This document shows, in pieces, positions 1 through 14,316 of a stretch of DNA of 64,000 bases (positions are counted from its first letter, which is position 1; each line of letters starts with the position of its first letter). Location: the NCBI RefSeq assembly GCF_009914755.1, contig NC_060940.1, one strand, 5' to 3'. A program made the translations under genes and the position numbers. The stretch is from the human T2T-CHM13v2.0 reference genome, Homo sapiens. The notes below the pieces were generated by a model. That model did not search any database. It was not told the DNA's origin and saw only the letters and a list, made by a program, of their open reading frames with translations.

Positions 1-1239
1 AGTTGCTTGTGTTCATTTTCCGTGTGTGGAATGGTCTGACTTGGCCCATCTACTTCCCTGTCTCTACAAAGGAAGGTCTACCTGGGACAACAAACTAGGC
101 CCTTAAAACTTTTCATGGTTTAAAAACGAAACAAAACAAAAACAACATTTTATGGTTGATGACTCCAGCCCAAAACAGTTAACAAAATCTGAACCATGAA
201 TGCCTTTTTAATCTCAGGAGAATAATCATCATTTTCATCAGTGTTTGACAGGACTCCTGTAAGACAAGAGCTTGGGCATTGCTTCCTCAGCCTAACTTGC
301 CTGGGCGGAAGGAGACATGGCCAGAAGGTCTTACCATTTGCCTTGTATGTGGTACTCTTTCTGAGGTCTCCAACTCTCTTAAAATCCTGTTCAAAATGAT
401 CATGTGGACTGCAGTCTCGTGGACAGCAGGAAATGGACCCGAAGTGTCCCTGCACAGAGGGTCCTAACCATCTGTGCTTGCTGCACCTGCACCGTCAGCT
501 ACCCTCTCTGAGGCACACTTCTCCTTCTTCAAATGCCTGCAGGGACCAGGGGGCAGCCCAGAAGTGAAGACAGAAGGGAGGACAGCAAGGGAAGCCCCAG
601 CTCAAAGAAGTGACTGGGCTAGGGCGGCCCTCCTTAAAGATGCTTCTGCCTGCCTGCCGAGCGTCACTGTTGAGCTCTTCCCTAGTGCAGAGCTTTGCAC
701 TGCTTTCATTTGTTTTTGTTATTCACTCTTTCATGCAAAACTGAAATTGAACTGGATCTGAAGACACTGAAAAATGTCTGGGTAGGGGGCTGCAGGGAGC
801 AGGGGTTTTCCTGAGAGAATGGAATGTCCCATGAGAAATTTCACTTACCATGAGAGGGGAAGTCCATTTCGTATGACATGATATAACACTGTCATTATAA
901 ACTCTCCGTTGGTTTCACATGTGTTAATATTTATCATTCTTTTGATTAGTTATTCATCAAGAAAACCCTGTGAATTCTGAAAAAATCATCATGTATCAAG
1001 GGTTCCTCAGGCTAGATGATGGACCCAGGATCATTTTCTCTATTCTTTGCAACAGAGAGCTTGCTTTTTATTTTTATTTATTTATTTTTTTAACCAAACA
1101 CCACTTGGTCTGCAGGTGAGGAGCTGTCCTTGCCCACATGAGACAATCTCATCTGAAGCAACAACCTGGTACCAGGATATCATGTTTACTCATGAGAATA
1201 CCGTCGACCATTGACCTTCAAGTGAAGGTTGATCTGTAC

Positions 1240-1536
1240 TTTTTTTTTTTTTTAAGACAGAGTCTCACTCTGTCCCCAAGGCTGGAATGAAGTGGTGCGA
1301 TATTGGCTTACTGCAACCTCTGCCTCCTGGGTTCAAGCGATTCTTGTGCCTCAGTCTCCCCAGTAGCTGGGATTACAAGGGCATGCCAACACTCCCTGCT
1401 AATTTTTTATATTTTTAGTAGAGACAGGGTTTCACCATGTTGCCTAGGCTGGTCTTGAACTCCTGAGCTCAGGCAATCCACCCACCTCGGCCTCCCAAAG
1501 TGCTGAGATTACAGGTGTGAGCCACCATGCCCGGTC
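1240..1536 (-). mobile_element. Alu SINE (AluS-type), full length
   Basis: Poly-T followed by the reverse-complement Alu dimer; degenerate TSD tgatctgtac (1230-1239) / tgacctgtgc (1537-1546). Confidence 0.95.
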
Positions 1537-2658
1537 TGACCTGTGCTTTTCACCTTCTCTGCACACCTGTGTGCCCTTTCTACATGGGGCCTCAACTCCA
1601 GACCCCGCAAACAACAACTAACATGAGGACAACTGCTGGGAAGAGGCTGAAGCAATTGCAGCATGATCACACAAGGTTGGGATAGATTTCTTTCTCATCT
1701 CTCATACACACCCCTTGCAAAAAAATAGGTGGGCAGAAAAGTCTGGGGCTAAGCTTGCCCTGTTTCATCAATGTACAGTTTGCATTACTGAACAGACTAG
1801 AACAATGTGTCAATGTAAAAACATTTATATCTGGCTTAAATGACAACAGTTTATCTGCCCTCCCTCCCCAAAATACAAAGCAGTACCTATCTTATCTCTG
1901 ATGTAATTAAAGTGTCCATGATGGTAACTTTTCCCAAGCAAAGCCACAGTCTGTCTTAAAGGTGAGATGAGATCTTTATCTCTACAGACAGAAAATGTTG
2001 TAACTTTTAAATGGCAGTTCACCTCCTGCTTGTTGAGGTTTACAGGGCAGCTTAACAGGTGGGTAGGTGCAGTGGATGGGCAGAGAGATAACTGATATAT
2101 AAGACAGAGAGATATGTGGACATATTTTCTTACTGTAGTGCTTTTAAAAATATGTACAATTTAAAATAAACTTTTGCTTTCAAAATTTCACTATTTTTGT
2201 TGCAGTGATAACCACCAAGCCAAAGGGACAGGAAGCTCTCGGCATTGTTGGTGTTTTACTCAAGCCATGGTATGAAGCTTCTTTTTGGTCTAAAAGTATG
2301 TGTTTTTAGTAATAGCAACTCTAGAACTTCAGAGGCAGTGTAAGTGTTGGTTCTAATTGGTAACGTTACATATCTGAGGATCACAGGGCTGCGGAAGTAA
2401 GACATCTAATCGAGTGCTCGCAGAACAGCTCCTTTGAAACAGAACATGCTTTCCTCTAGTTGTGGATTAAGTGCAACCCTTTCACAGACTTAACAATAAT
2501 AATCCCTTGGCCTTCTTTTTCTGTTTTCTTAAATATATGGTTTTAGTTGTATCGGTTAGTTTCTATTTAATTTGGTAGAATTTTTTATTTCTAAAATGTT
2601 TAGTCACCACATTAAAAGGGGGCATAATCTTCTATTTGGTATAAAAGCCTCTATGCTA

Positions 2659-2752
2659 CGGTTTGCCCAGGATTTTCCTGATTTTGACACTGAAAGTTCT
2701 GTGTCCCAGGAACCCCTTTAGTCACGAGCAATGTGGGGCAGTTGGTTACCCT
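2659..2752. mobile_element. MER81-like hAT (Blackjack) MITE fragment
   Basis: gtttgcccagga...cactgaaagt...ggaacccct...gttggttaccct matches the recalled MER81 consensus, including the GGTCACCCT-like terminus. Confidence 0.65.
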
Positions 2753-3015
2753 CAACTGTGGTATATTTTGGTGAAATATACTTTAGCTTTAATGAGAAAA
2801 AGACAATTATCATTTAAACACCATCCTCTTTAGGTACAAATAATTCCCTGTGTGAGATGTTGAAGGAGAGCAGCTGCCTCCCATTGCTGGGCAGGGCCAG
2901 GCACACTCAGCTGCTTGGAACACATGGCAGGAACGAATTTCTGCTCAAGGCTTGGATCAGGCAATTGATGCTTTCCGGAAGGGAAATAATGGCTGAGGAA
3001 ACGTCGATGTCAATA

Positions 3016-3078
3016 TTTCTTCATGGAGAAAAACACATTTTGATCTTTCTTCATGGAGAAAAACACATTTTGATCTTT
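3016..3078. repeat. Perfect 30-bp tandem duplication
   Basis: tttcttcatggagaaaaacacattttgatc at 3016-3045 and 3046-3075. Confidence 0.95.
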
Positions 3079-3425
3079 TCCTCAAACAAGTCAATAAGGT
3101 ATCAGGTTCTATTTGAATCTTTTCCCTGGAAAACATCTTACAATTATGAGAGTCTAATAACTTTTTCTTGTAACATTAAATTGAGGCAATTCCAATGCTT
3201 CAAACAGTATTTATTTAAAAGGAGATGGACAACCTCCTAAAAGTTGTTAGATTTTCATGAAATGGAGAGACTGAGTGCATCAATGAGTTGGTAATTAATC
3301 ACTTTTAATTTCCCCTCTTAAGTCTCCTCCTCCATACTGTCCCTCAGCCCAGGTAGCTCTCCAGGTAACAGGGCTTCACAAGCCCTGTGCACATTCTCTA
3401 TCTCCAAGCATTAAGGGGCCTTTTT

Positions 3426-3640
3426 AATTCATTCAACCAACATTTTTTGAGAACCTCCTATGTTCTAGGCATTGTGCTAGTAACTGGGGTTACAGAAATA
3501 ACAACCTGCCCCACTCTTAACTCGGTGTTGCTTTATAACTTCATGGGAAAGAGGGACCCACACGTAAGTGATTTCCATGTCATGAAGTATACTCTGAGTT
3601 TGTAAAACTTGCTTTGGGAACTTAGAGGAAGCCATGCTTA
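3426..3640 (-). mobile_element. L2 LINE 3' fragment
   Basis: attcattcaaccaacattttttgagaacctcctatgttctaggcattgtgctag is the typical antisense L2 3' end. Confidence 0.7.
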
Positions 3641-5289
3641 GAACTGCCTCAGCTGACTCTTCCTTTCCGTGAAAACAAGCATCCTTACCTTTCTGTACTG
3701 CTGTGAAGTTATTTCAAACATACATACTTATATGTGTTTCCAGATGAACAACTTTGGTTATTTAGGGCAAAGAATATGATTGGCCTGTCTTGGGCAGTTC
3801 TGGCGCTCTTGGTTTATGAAGTATCGCTTCCAAAGGGGCCATATGTAGGGAGTGATGCAGGTGCCGTATGCCAAGTGAAAGGGCCATATGACTGTGCTCC
3901 TGCTTCTCAGCCGCAGCTGATTTGGTGAATTTCCACCTTTCACTGTGCCCACCCCTTCCCTTCTCCCTTTATATGGGGTGCTCACAAGTACCATTTCTGA
4001 GAACAGCCTTTGAATTTAGAAAGGCTACAAATCTATAAAAGTGGCATAATTCTGTGAATACAGGTTTGGGAACGTTTTAGTCGTGAAGGGAAACCTTTTC
4101 CTCTTGAGGAAAACTCAGCCTCGAGAGATAGATGGTTGGCAATGAGCTAAATCAGCAAATCAAATTTGACATGTATTGAAGAAAATCAAATTGTAGAGCG
4201 TGAAAGGCCTTTGAAGATCATCAGATGCTAGTCTAAGCCACTTAGCAACGGACGCATTCAGTGATCTTTCGCGGCCACACGAATCGGCAGAATCGGAAAA
4301 TATTCGCTGTCCAGATTCCCTCCTCACTACAAAGGCCCCTCCTCTGGGGCTCCCCCTACCTTTCCACTGTCTAGCAACTAAAGGGTGAACACCAGGCACA
4401 GCTTGGGAGCCTTCAGGCTTTAAACCCCACTCCTGCTCCAAGCTGCTTTGTGTTTGCTCAGTATCCATGGTATCGTGATATTTTGAGCATCTCCCCCGGA
4501 AGGCTGAGTACAATTCCAGCAGGAGGTGAGGACAGCAACCACTGCTTCTGGTGGGAGGAGGGATGTGAGCAGCCACACAAAGGCTGGAGTCGGAGGATGT
4601 TCTGGAAAGCAGGAGGCGGTGGTCATGGTCACGGCAGGAGCAGGAGAATTTGAAGGTCGTTTGAGGCCAAGTAAGGATGCCTTGCTTCCCACATCTCTCT
4701 GAGCATCATGAGATGAACAGGAGCAGGACTGTAGGGGAAGAAGTGGAAGTAGGAGATCCCCAGGAGCCGTTTCCAAGTCCACAACACTCAGTGCTCGGGA
4801 GGCTGGAGAGAATGCTGGGGAGAGTGGCGCCAGAAGCCATCGTCAATGATGGCATTGAACTGAACACCTGGCGCCCGCTCTACGTACATCAGACCCCGGG
4901 CAAGGCCCTGCGGGTGCACAAAGAGCAAGGCATGGTTTCTGCCCCCAAGGAACCTGCACCTCCATAGGGAGCACAGAGCTGCACGCCCAGGTGTTCAGGG
5001 CAGAAGAAAGAAAGTGGTCCAGGGTACTCGCAGCCAAGGCACCCTCAAGTGTCCCAGCAGCAGCAAATGAAACTCCAGTCAGACAGTTGAAGCACCTTCA
5101 GTGAGGAATCACTTCATGAATCGCATGGCAGGGTGAAGAGAACCCAGAGGAGCCCTGGGCTTGGAGACCAGACAGTGGGAAGCCGTGACCATCGTAGGCC
5201 TGAAGGGGCGGAGGAAGAACAGCCTCGTTGGAGCCCAGTGGCCGCTGGAGCCACGGCAGGGGAGCCACCTGCGGAGTAGGTGGGGATCT

Positions 5290-5639
5290 CTAGGGGCTGA
5301 GTTGAGTCCCTCTTCCCCAAATTCCTATGAAGCACCTCAGAATGTGAGTGCATTTGGAGATCGGGCCTTTCAAAAGGTAAGTCAGGTCAAATGAGGCCAT
5401 CAGGGTGGCCTGGATCCAATCCGACTAATGTCCTTACAAGAAGAAGAGGTGGGGACACAGAGACACAGAGGGAAGCCCATGTGAGGACACAGGGAGAATG
5501 AGCCAAGGCGAGAGGCCTCAGAGGAAACGCACTCTGCCTACACCTGCCTCTTGAATTTCCAGCCTCCAGCCTCACAGACTGTGAGTAAATAACTGTTGTT
5601 TATGCCACTGAGTCTGTAGTGCCTCACAAACTAATGCAG
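5290..5639 (+). mobile_element. MLT1B-like MaLR solo LTR
   Basis: Collinear with the recalled MLT1B consensus (cctcagaatgtga..., gtccttacaagaagaag, gagaggcctcaga, ...caaactaatgca). Confidence 0.8.
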
Positions 5640-5929
5640 GGAGAGACACACCTGCTGCCACAGATACAGCTTGATCATGGACAGCATGGGGAAGAAACGC
5701 CCTGGCCTTTCTCAACCTTTTCCAAACGCCAGACCCACCCGGAAGCCAGCAAAGGAGTCCAACTGATGTGTTCCATATGTGCCAAGCTCCCAGGACACCT
5801 GTGGGGCAAAGAGAGAGGGAACATAAACAGGGAGGGAAAAAATAATCTGCAAAGGCATCCAGTCAGGTATTGAGAAATCAAGACAGGCTGCATGGAGGAG
5901 GTGAATCGTGAATGGAGTCTGGAATAACA

Positions 5930-6160
5930 AATGAGTTAATATGAGTAAAGCACTTAGAATCCTACTTGTCCTACAATAAGAGGTATCTGTGTCATTTTTA
6001 CCACATATTGATATTTATTACTACTTCTAATTCCTCCTAGAAATACTGGAAGGTTGGTATTATTTTCTCCTTTTTACAGATAGGAACGTTAGACTCAGGG
6101 AGGCTGAGCAAATGGCTAAGCCGGGATCCACACTCAGGCCTGCCTGGCTCCAGAGCCACC
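5930..6160. mobile_element. MIR SINE fragments
   Basis: gtaaagcacttagaa and ttttacagataggaa...actcagggagg MIR core motifs. Confidence 0.55.
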
Positions 6161-6479
6161 AGTCCAGGCTGCTTCCCAAGAGGAAAAATCCCTCAGCCAG
6201 AGGAGGAAGCCTGGGTGAAGGGCAGTTCCGGAGCAGGGTGTTGCAGACTCAGAGGCGTGGTGGCGAGAGAGATGGGCACCTTTGGGGACCCAAGGTGGTA
6301 CACCAAGGTGGGCCTACAGAGTGCAGCATGGGGAGAGGCAGGAAGCGAGCGGAAGGGAGGCAGGGACAGATGACGATCATCCTCTCCTGCCTTGCCAGAA
6401 GCTGATACTCCTCCCAGGGAGCTTGGGAAGCCTTCCTGGGATTCAGATTTTAGATTGAACATCTTGAGAGCAGTTTAGA

Positions 6480-6840
6480 GGATGTCATATTCTAGCAAGT
6501 AAGACTGAAGGCGGGGAGATCAGTTAGAAGACCTTTACAGAAAGCCAGGTAAAAAATAATGAGGACCTTAACCAAAGATGGGCCTTGGGGAAGGGGGACT
6601 GAAGGGTGCTGGTGGAGGAAGCCACAGACTGCAAGATGTGCAGGACTTGAAACTCACTGGATTTGGGAAATGGGGAGGAGGAAGACGCAAAGGGTAACTC
6701 TGGGTTCCTGGCTTAGGGAACTTCATGGATGGCGGTGCCCTTCCCAAAGGCTGGGAGCAGAGGAGGAGGAACCTGTTAAGTGAGAAAATGATGATTGCTG
6801 CCCAGACACCTGAGTTTCAGGTGCCTCTGGGTTACCCAAG
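6480..6840 (-). mobile_element. L2 LINE fragment
   Basis: agactgaaggcggggagatcagttagaag... purine-rich L2 antisense pattern. Confidence 0.55.
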
Positions 6841-7198
6841 CAGAAAAGACAGAGCCAAATTCCATGAGAAAAAACAGCAAACCCAACAACAACTTAAATT
6901 TTGTTAAGTGTCTTACAGCAAAATCACAAGATTTTGATTGCTCTAAAAATGATTATTTGTTCCACCTTTGGGAGCAGTGAAAGCACATGCCACCATGAGT
7001 AGGTCATCGCTATAAGCATGTTACTTTAATAATTTTAAAATAAGCAGCTGAATTCTAATTTTGCAAAAAATACTTAAATAAGCATTGGAAGATAAAAAGG
7101 TAAGAGTGAAAGATGAATAAGACAGAGTCTTCGAGGAAGAGCTGATGGTGGAGTCACAAAACTGAAACAAAGGGTGGCTAAAGAGGATGGAGTGCCAA

Positions 7199-7568
<370 letters not shown>

Positions 7569-7593
7569 CTATATGACGATGATGGCTACTTCT

Positions 7594-7797
7594 GGTAAGT
7601 CAGGTCAAATGAGGCCATCAGGGTGGCCTGGATCCAATCCGACTAATGTCCTTACAAGAAGAAGAGGTGGGGACACAGAGACACAGAGGGAAGCCCATGT
7701 GAGAACACAGGGAGAATGAGCCAAGGAGAGAGGCCTCAGAGGAAACACACTCTGCCTACACCTGCCTCTTGAACTTCCAGCCTCCGGCCTCACAGAC
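7594..7797 (+). repeat. 204-bp dispersed copy of 5376-5579 (internal part of the MLT1B LTR)
   Basis: Direct comparison shows 5 substitutions in 204 bp and no LTR termini in the copy. Confidence 0.95.
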
Positions 7798-8737
7798 AGC
7801 CTCACTGAGAGCCACTTCCAGTCCTGTTGTCAGCAGTGGAAGGTAATGCTGGGCGTAAAGGCCAGATGAAGGCAAGGACTCTTAAATTTGACTGGAAGAG
7901 TGAATTATACATGTCATGCAGTAGGCCTCTTTCTAATCTATCATTTCAAATTTGTCAGCTTAAATAGGCAACGGATATTGAGGAAGTGAACTATGCGATG
8001 TCCTGAATTGTAGAGATAATTTTTAAAAGTCAATGTATGCTAAATAAGTAACCTCAAAGATGGTTTTATGAGATCTTAATTTGAAATAATTTATTTTATC
8101 ATGCACCTCATTTCCAGTAGTTTGGTAGTTCTGACAACCCCAGCTGTGCTCAGCAGATAGCCTTAGGAATGAAACGGTATGAAAGAGAGACAGCCTCATC
8201 GAGAGATGGCTCTCAGTCCTCCTGAAAGTTCTTTGCAATAACATCCATGCAGTTATACTGTTGGTCAAATAATGTCCCTAACATATATTTAGAGAATAAT
8301 AAAGATAAGGCACTGTCTTTATTATTTATTACAACAGAGGAACCTATGTGCTTTGCAAGACCAATTAAAGAAGATTCTAATGCATACATTTAAAGCTCTG
8401 TTTTATTATGTCCTTACTGAGATTTCTACTCATAAAGAAAGACAGATGAGGAGTTGAAAATATACAGAATGGCAGGAGTACTGCCCCCACTCTAACAAGT
8501 AAAAACTAGATATACCATAGAATTGTAACTTTTCCTGAGCGCATCAAATACCTGAGGTCATAGGGTAACCAAATAGTTCCAAATCCAAAAAAAAGACAAT
8601 TCTTTCCGAGGGTAGAAAGGATTTGAGCATTTGTCCACCAGTGGTAAATGGGAGAAACAGAATCCCAGCTACCGTGCAAGTAGATAAGAAGATAAACCTT
8701 CAAGACAGATTTCTAGAGAACAACAATGAGCTAGTAT

Positions 8738-8938
8738 GAGAGAAAGCCACTTCCAGGCTCTCCCCACAGCCTTCCACCAGATTCTCATGAGAGGCCACTT
8801 CCAGGCTCTCCCCACAGCCTTCCACCAAATTCTTACGAGAGCCACATCCAGGATCTTCCTCCACAGACTTCCACCAAATTCTCTTGAGAGCCACCTCCAG
8901 GCTCTCCCCACAGCCTTCCACCAGATTCTTATGAGAGA
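8738..8938. repeat. Minisatellite, ~48-51-bp unit x4
   Basis: Repeated gagagccacttccaggctctccccacagccttccaccagattct; probably inside an old L1M 5' region (~8450-9980). Confidence 0.9.
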
Positions 8939-9255
8939 GATTTCAGGGCTGCGGTTGGAGGATTAGAAGGAGCCTCAAGGTGGTGCAGACGTAGACTGGG
9001 AAAGCTCTGTCACTGCGGGACACTCGTGAGTCCCACCCAGACCCTCTCTTCTGTGGAACTAAAGCTTTAATTCACTTTGAGGAGCAGGAAACATTCAGTC
9101 CCAGGGCACAGGTGAACATGCCTATGTTTGAGGAAGAAATTTTTTCAAGAAACCCTCTAAACTTTGGGGAAGATAAGAAAACAATCCTGGTCCCAGAGCC
9201 CTAATGGGCCTCCTACTACTGGGGTACTGGGGGAGGGTAGAAAACACCAAACATC

Positions 9256-9433
9256 TAGGGTTACCAGATTTAGCAAATAAAAATACCATTAAATTTGAAT
9301 TTCATAGAACAATAAATAATTTTTACTATAAGTATATTCCAATATTTGTGACATAGTGATGTTAACAAACTCTTCATTGTTTACATGAAATTTAAATTTA
9401 AATGGGAATCCTGTATTTTCCCTGACAACCCTA
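9256..9433. mobile_element. MER53-like palindromic hAT MITE
   Basis: Termini tagggttaccagat...ctgacaacccta and internal inverted symmetry (aaatttgaattt / aaatttaaattt). Confidence 0.8.
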
Positions 9434-9811
9434 GGGACACAAGCTCTGCCAAAGATATGCAGGAGAATTCAGCTCCAAGGGAAGGAGCAGAAACCCCAAC
9501 CCTGAAGTCCCAGACACACAGGGCCTGCCTGAGGCTGAGGCTAGACCAGGACAACAAAGAATTCTCCTGCTTCCCACCACAACGATTGTTCATAGCAAGT
9601 AAGAAGAAGCAGCCTACCACTGGGAGATGGCAAGAGCACAGAGAGAGAGAATGTCTGTGGTGCAAGAGTACCAAGGAGGCCAAAGCTGAGGATGAAGAAG
9701 GAACATTGAGGAAAACTCTCCAGGACCTGAGCAGCCATCCTAAGCACAATGTAACACCAGAGACCACGGAAGCCAGTGGTGCACTGAAGTGAACCAGAGC
9801 AGCAACAGAAG

Positions 9812-9934
9812 TCCAGTTCAACTCAACTCCTGACCAGATTGAGTCAGGCTCCCAAATAAACTACCAGAAGAATCCAGTTCAACTCAACTCCTGACCAGAT
9901 TGAGTCAGGTTCCCAAATAAACTACCTAGAAGAA
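9812..9934. repeat. 61-bp tandem duplication
   Basis: tccagttcaactcaactcctgaccagattgagtcagg(c/t)tcccaaataaactacc x2. Confidence 0.95.
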
Positions 9935-10039
9935 GAGTTATAACTATTTCCAGGGATAGATACTATACACCTCAGTATATCACAGCAAAACTGAAGGTAG
10001 GAACTCAAAAAGATACCGCAGGCCAAATTTCCTGGGAGA

Positions 10040-10800
<761 letters not shown>

Positions 10801-10809
10801 AAGAGTTCA

Positions 10810-12030
10810 TAAAAATCTCCAGGCTCAGATAGCTTCACTGGCAGATTTACCAAACATTTAAGAAAGAAATAGTGCCAATTTTACACAAACTTAGCGTAAG
10901 AATTTTCTTCCACTTAGCGTAATGTTTTCAAGGTTCACTCATGTATCAGAATTTTATTCCTTTTCAAAGCTTTCAGATAATTGAGAGAGAACACTTATCC
11001 ATTCGTTCTGTGAAGTTAGCATTGCGTTGGCACCAAAACCAGATGAAAACAATACAAGAAGAGAAATCTACAGGCCAATTCCCGTCATGAATATAGGTGC
11101 AAAAATCTTCAACAAAGGATTAGCAAGTCAAATAAACGATATATAAAAATATAATAAATCATGACCAAGTGGAATTTATTCCATGAATGCAATGCTCGTT
11201 CAAATATTAGAAAATTAAACAATGTAATTCACCATATCAATAAAGAAAATAAATTATAATTTGATGAGATTCAGAAAAACCATTTGACAGAATCCAAAAT
11301 CCATTTTTGATAAAAACTCTCAGCAAACTAGGAATATGAGGGAACTTCCTCCAAGTGAGCATCTACCAAAAATTTGCCAACATCATACTTAATGGTGAGA
11401 AACTAAATGTTTTCCCCTTATGATCAGGAACAAGAAGGGATGCCCACTTTCACCAACCCTATTCAACCTCATATTAGAGATCCTAGCCAAAACACTAAAG
11501 TGAGGTGGGGAAGAGAATACACATTGAAAGAAAGAGATAAAACTATCTCTATTTGCATATGACATGATTATCTAAGTAGAAAATCTCAAATAACATACAA
11601 AAATGGCTAGAACTAGCAAATGAATTTAATAAGACCAGAGGATACAAGGTCAATACTAAAATATCAATAGTTTTATTATATAATACCAATAAAAAGTAAT
11701 AATTGAAATTTTAAAAACTGTGTTATTTACAATTGTACCAATAAACAGAAAATACTTAGATATAAACCTAATAGAGTTTATATGAGGTCTGTGTGTTTGA
11801 AAATAATAAAACACTGAGATGCGAAATCAAAGATCTGAATAAATGGATGTATACCATGTGTGCCATGTCCATGGACTGAAAGACTCAATATTTCTAAAGT
11901 GCCAGTTTTCCCCCAAGTTGATCTATGGATTCAGTGCTATCCCAGTTATAATCCCTGAAGGATTATTTGTAGAAATCAATAAGCTTGTTCTAAAATGTAT
12001 ATGGAAAGGCAAAGCAACTGTAATTGTCAG
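10810..12030 (+). mobile_element. Degenerate L1 ORF2 fragment (old L1M)
   Basis: RT-region motifs (gatgcccactttcaccaaccctattcaac, tttgcatatgacatgatta); the ORF 11843-12034 peptide resembles ORF2. Confidence 0.8.
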
Positions 12031-12259
12031 GTAAATAATAAATATCCTTATGGTTTAAGTCACATTTAGTTGAGTTTTATGTTGCAGCGGAAAGCATCCT
12101 AACCAATAAGAAGTCAACTGTTTTGGCAACGACGTTACCTGATATCTGAAGGTAAAATGAAATAGTCTTGACAATTCAGAATAACGAATCAGCCCATTGA
12201 AAATACTTGAAATATCTACTTTAAATGTTCTTCGTATTTATTGAATAGCAATAATAATT

Positions 12260-12510
12260 ATTATTATGATAACAATGGAATGCATTCGGCATTTTCTATG
12301 GGCCAGAACTCATCTAAGTAATTTAAATATATGAACTCATTTAATACTTACGGTTCTATAAATCAGTACTGTATTCATCCTCATTTCAATGGATCAAAAA
12401 CTGAAGAGAGGGTAAGCCTTCAGAATTATGTGCTAAGTAAGTGGAAGGAGTGGTATTTTCACCCAGTAGTGCGGCTTCAGAGGCAAACACCTAACTACTA
12501 CTCTACCACA
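12260..12510 (-). mobile_element. MIR SINE
   Basis: aactcatttaatac...cctcatttcaatggatcaaaaaactgaagagaggg MIR core. Confidence 0.55.
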
Positions 12511-13086
12511 TGAACTCCCTCCATATTTTCTGTGCACACTCATTCACTATGTTGGATTTCATTAGAGATAATCACAGAACAACCCTACCTGAAATCCTAA
12601 TCGTTACTTTTAAAACAAATAATAAAGTTATTTTAATTTTTAATAGCATCATTAAAGTTCCCATAGATTCTACTGAATCACAGGTTAGAACTTTTTGTTT
12701 TTATTTCATATACCTGTATTTCTTAACTGCTATAATTCTAATTCTGCTAAAAGAAGAACAACTGCTAACTATTTGTCTTTGCTTGGTTGAGTTTATCCAA
12801 GTTGGTAGAGGAAGCGACAACAATAACAACACAAAACAAAACTTCAGATCTAATTCTGAAGAAAAATCAATAACAGTGTAGAAATGTCTTTGTCTTCGTA
12901 GAGTATGGACTGACAAAGGAAAGATAACACTGAGCATATCTAGGCACATATCACAGGTTTTAGGAAAACACATTTTCTTTCTAATTCAGAGAATATATGG
13001 GTTTAATCTTAAATTCTTAAATAACCAAAGATTCTTTTGGTTCTAGCAGAAAGAAATTGAATTTACTGGAATAATACTGGATGTAT

Positions 13087-13812
13087 GTATTAGTTTTCTA
13101 TTGCTGCTCTAACAAATTACCACAATTTTAATGGTGTAAAACAACACAAATTTATTAGCTTACTGTTCTGTAGCTGTAACATCTGTAACATCTGTCAGAA
13201 GTCAGACATGGGCTGGGTGCAGTGTCTCACAACTGTAATTCCAGCACTTTGGGAGGCCAACTCAGGCATAACCTGAGGTCAGGAGTTTGAGACCAGCCTG
13301 GCCAAAAGTGGTGAAACCCCATCTCTACTGAAAATACAAAATTAGCTGTGTGTGACGGTGCATACCTGTAATCCCACCTACTTGGGAGGCTGAGGCAGGA
13401 GAATCACTTGAACTCAGAGGCAGAGGTTGCAGTGAGCCGAGATTGCACTACTGCACTCCAGTCTGGGTGACAGAGTGAGACTCTGTCTCAAAAAACAAAA
13501 AACAAACAAAAAAGAAACCAGACATGGGTTTTGCTGGACTAAAATCAAAGTTTCAGCACACTGCATTCCTTTCTGGAGACTGCAGGGGAGAATGTTTCCT
13601 CCCCACACGATTTGTTGGAAGAATTCAGTTCCTTGCAGCTGTAGAACATAGGTCCATGTTTTCTTGTTGCTGTAAATTGAGGCCAGAGGTCACAGGATTC
13701 CTTGGCTCATGGCCCCTTTACTCCATCTTCAAACAACAGTGGCTTGAATCCTTCACACATTGCGTCACTCTGACCCACTCTACTTTCATTGTCTTCCACT
13801 TTTAAGGACTCA
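13087..13812 (-). mobile_element. MLT1-family MaLR LTR, interrupted by an Alu
   Basis: tgtattagttttctattgctgctctaacaaattaccac...acaacacaaatttatt antisense MLT1 terminus; resumes after the Alu. Confidence 0.75.
13211..13513 (+). mobile_element. AluS
   Basis: Dimer with (CAAAA)n tail; TSD agaagtcagacatg / agaaaccagacatg. Confidence 0.92.
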
Positions 13813-14179
13813 TCTTTAGTTTCAGTGTGCATATATATATGCACACATACCTACAGAGGGATGTCAAGGAAGATGGCCAAGTAGGAAGCTCCAAGAATTG
13901 TTCTCTCTGCCTAGTCAACAGTGGTATTGCCAGAACCTGACTGATGTAATGAGTTTTGGAACTCTGGAGTCTATTTGAAGATGTCTAGCTTCCAGAAAGA
14001 GGCTTGGCTGAGATTTAAGGATTAGGACATTCAAAAGAAATTGCTTATATGAGGAAATTTGGAAAGTCAGTATGCATGTCTAGGGAAAGATACAGACTCA
14101 GAAAAGACCTGAGGTAACCTTAAGTTTACATCTCAGGCTGATCCCCAGTATAGAATATATATATATTTTACATATATAT

Positions 14180-14316
14180 GTAAAATAAAATAGTCTTGAC
14201 AATTCAGAATAATGAATCATCCCATTGAAAATACTTGAAATATCCTCTTTAAATGTTCTTCATATTTATTGAATAGTAAAAATAATTATTATTATGATAA
14301 TAGAATGTATTAAGCA
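14180..14316 (+). repeat. ~135-bp dispersed copy of 12152-12291 inside a TA-rich tract
   Basis: aatagtcttgacaattcagaataa...attattatgataa shared by both sites with roughly a dozen differences. Confidence 0.9.

Noticed and set aside
4160-5040. GC-richer stretch with overlapping ORFs (e.g. 4677-4967)
   Set aside because: No protein similarity that I recognise and no convincing splice-site pair; a BLASTX search would settle it.
8738-8938. Regularly spaced repeats resembling a CRISPR array
   Set aside because: Eukaryotic minisatellite with no unique spacers and no cas genes.
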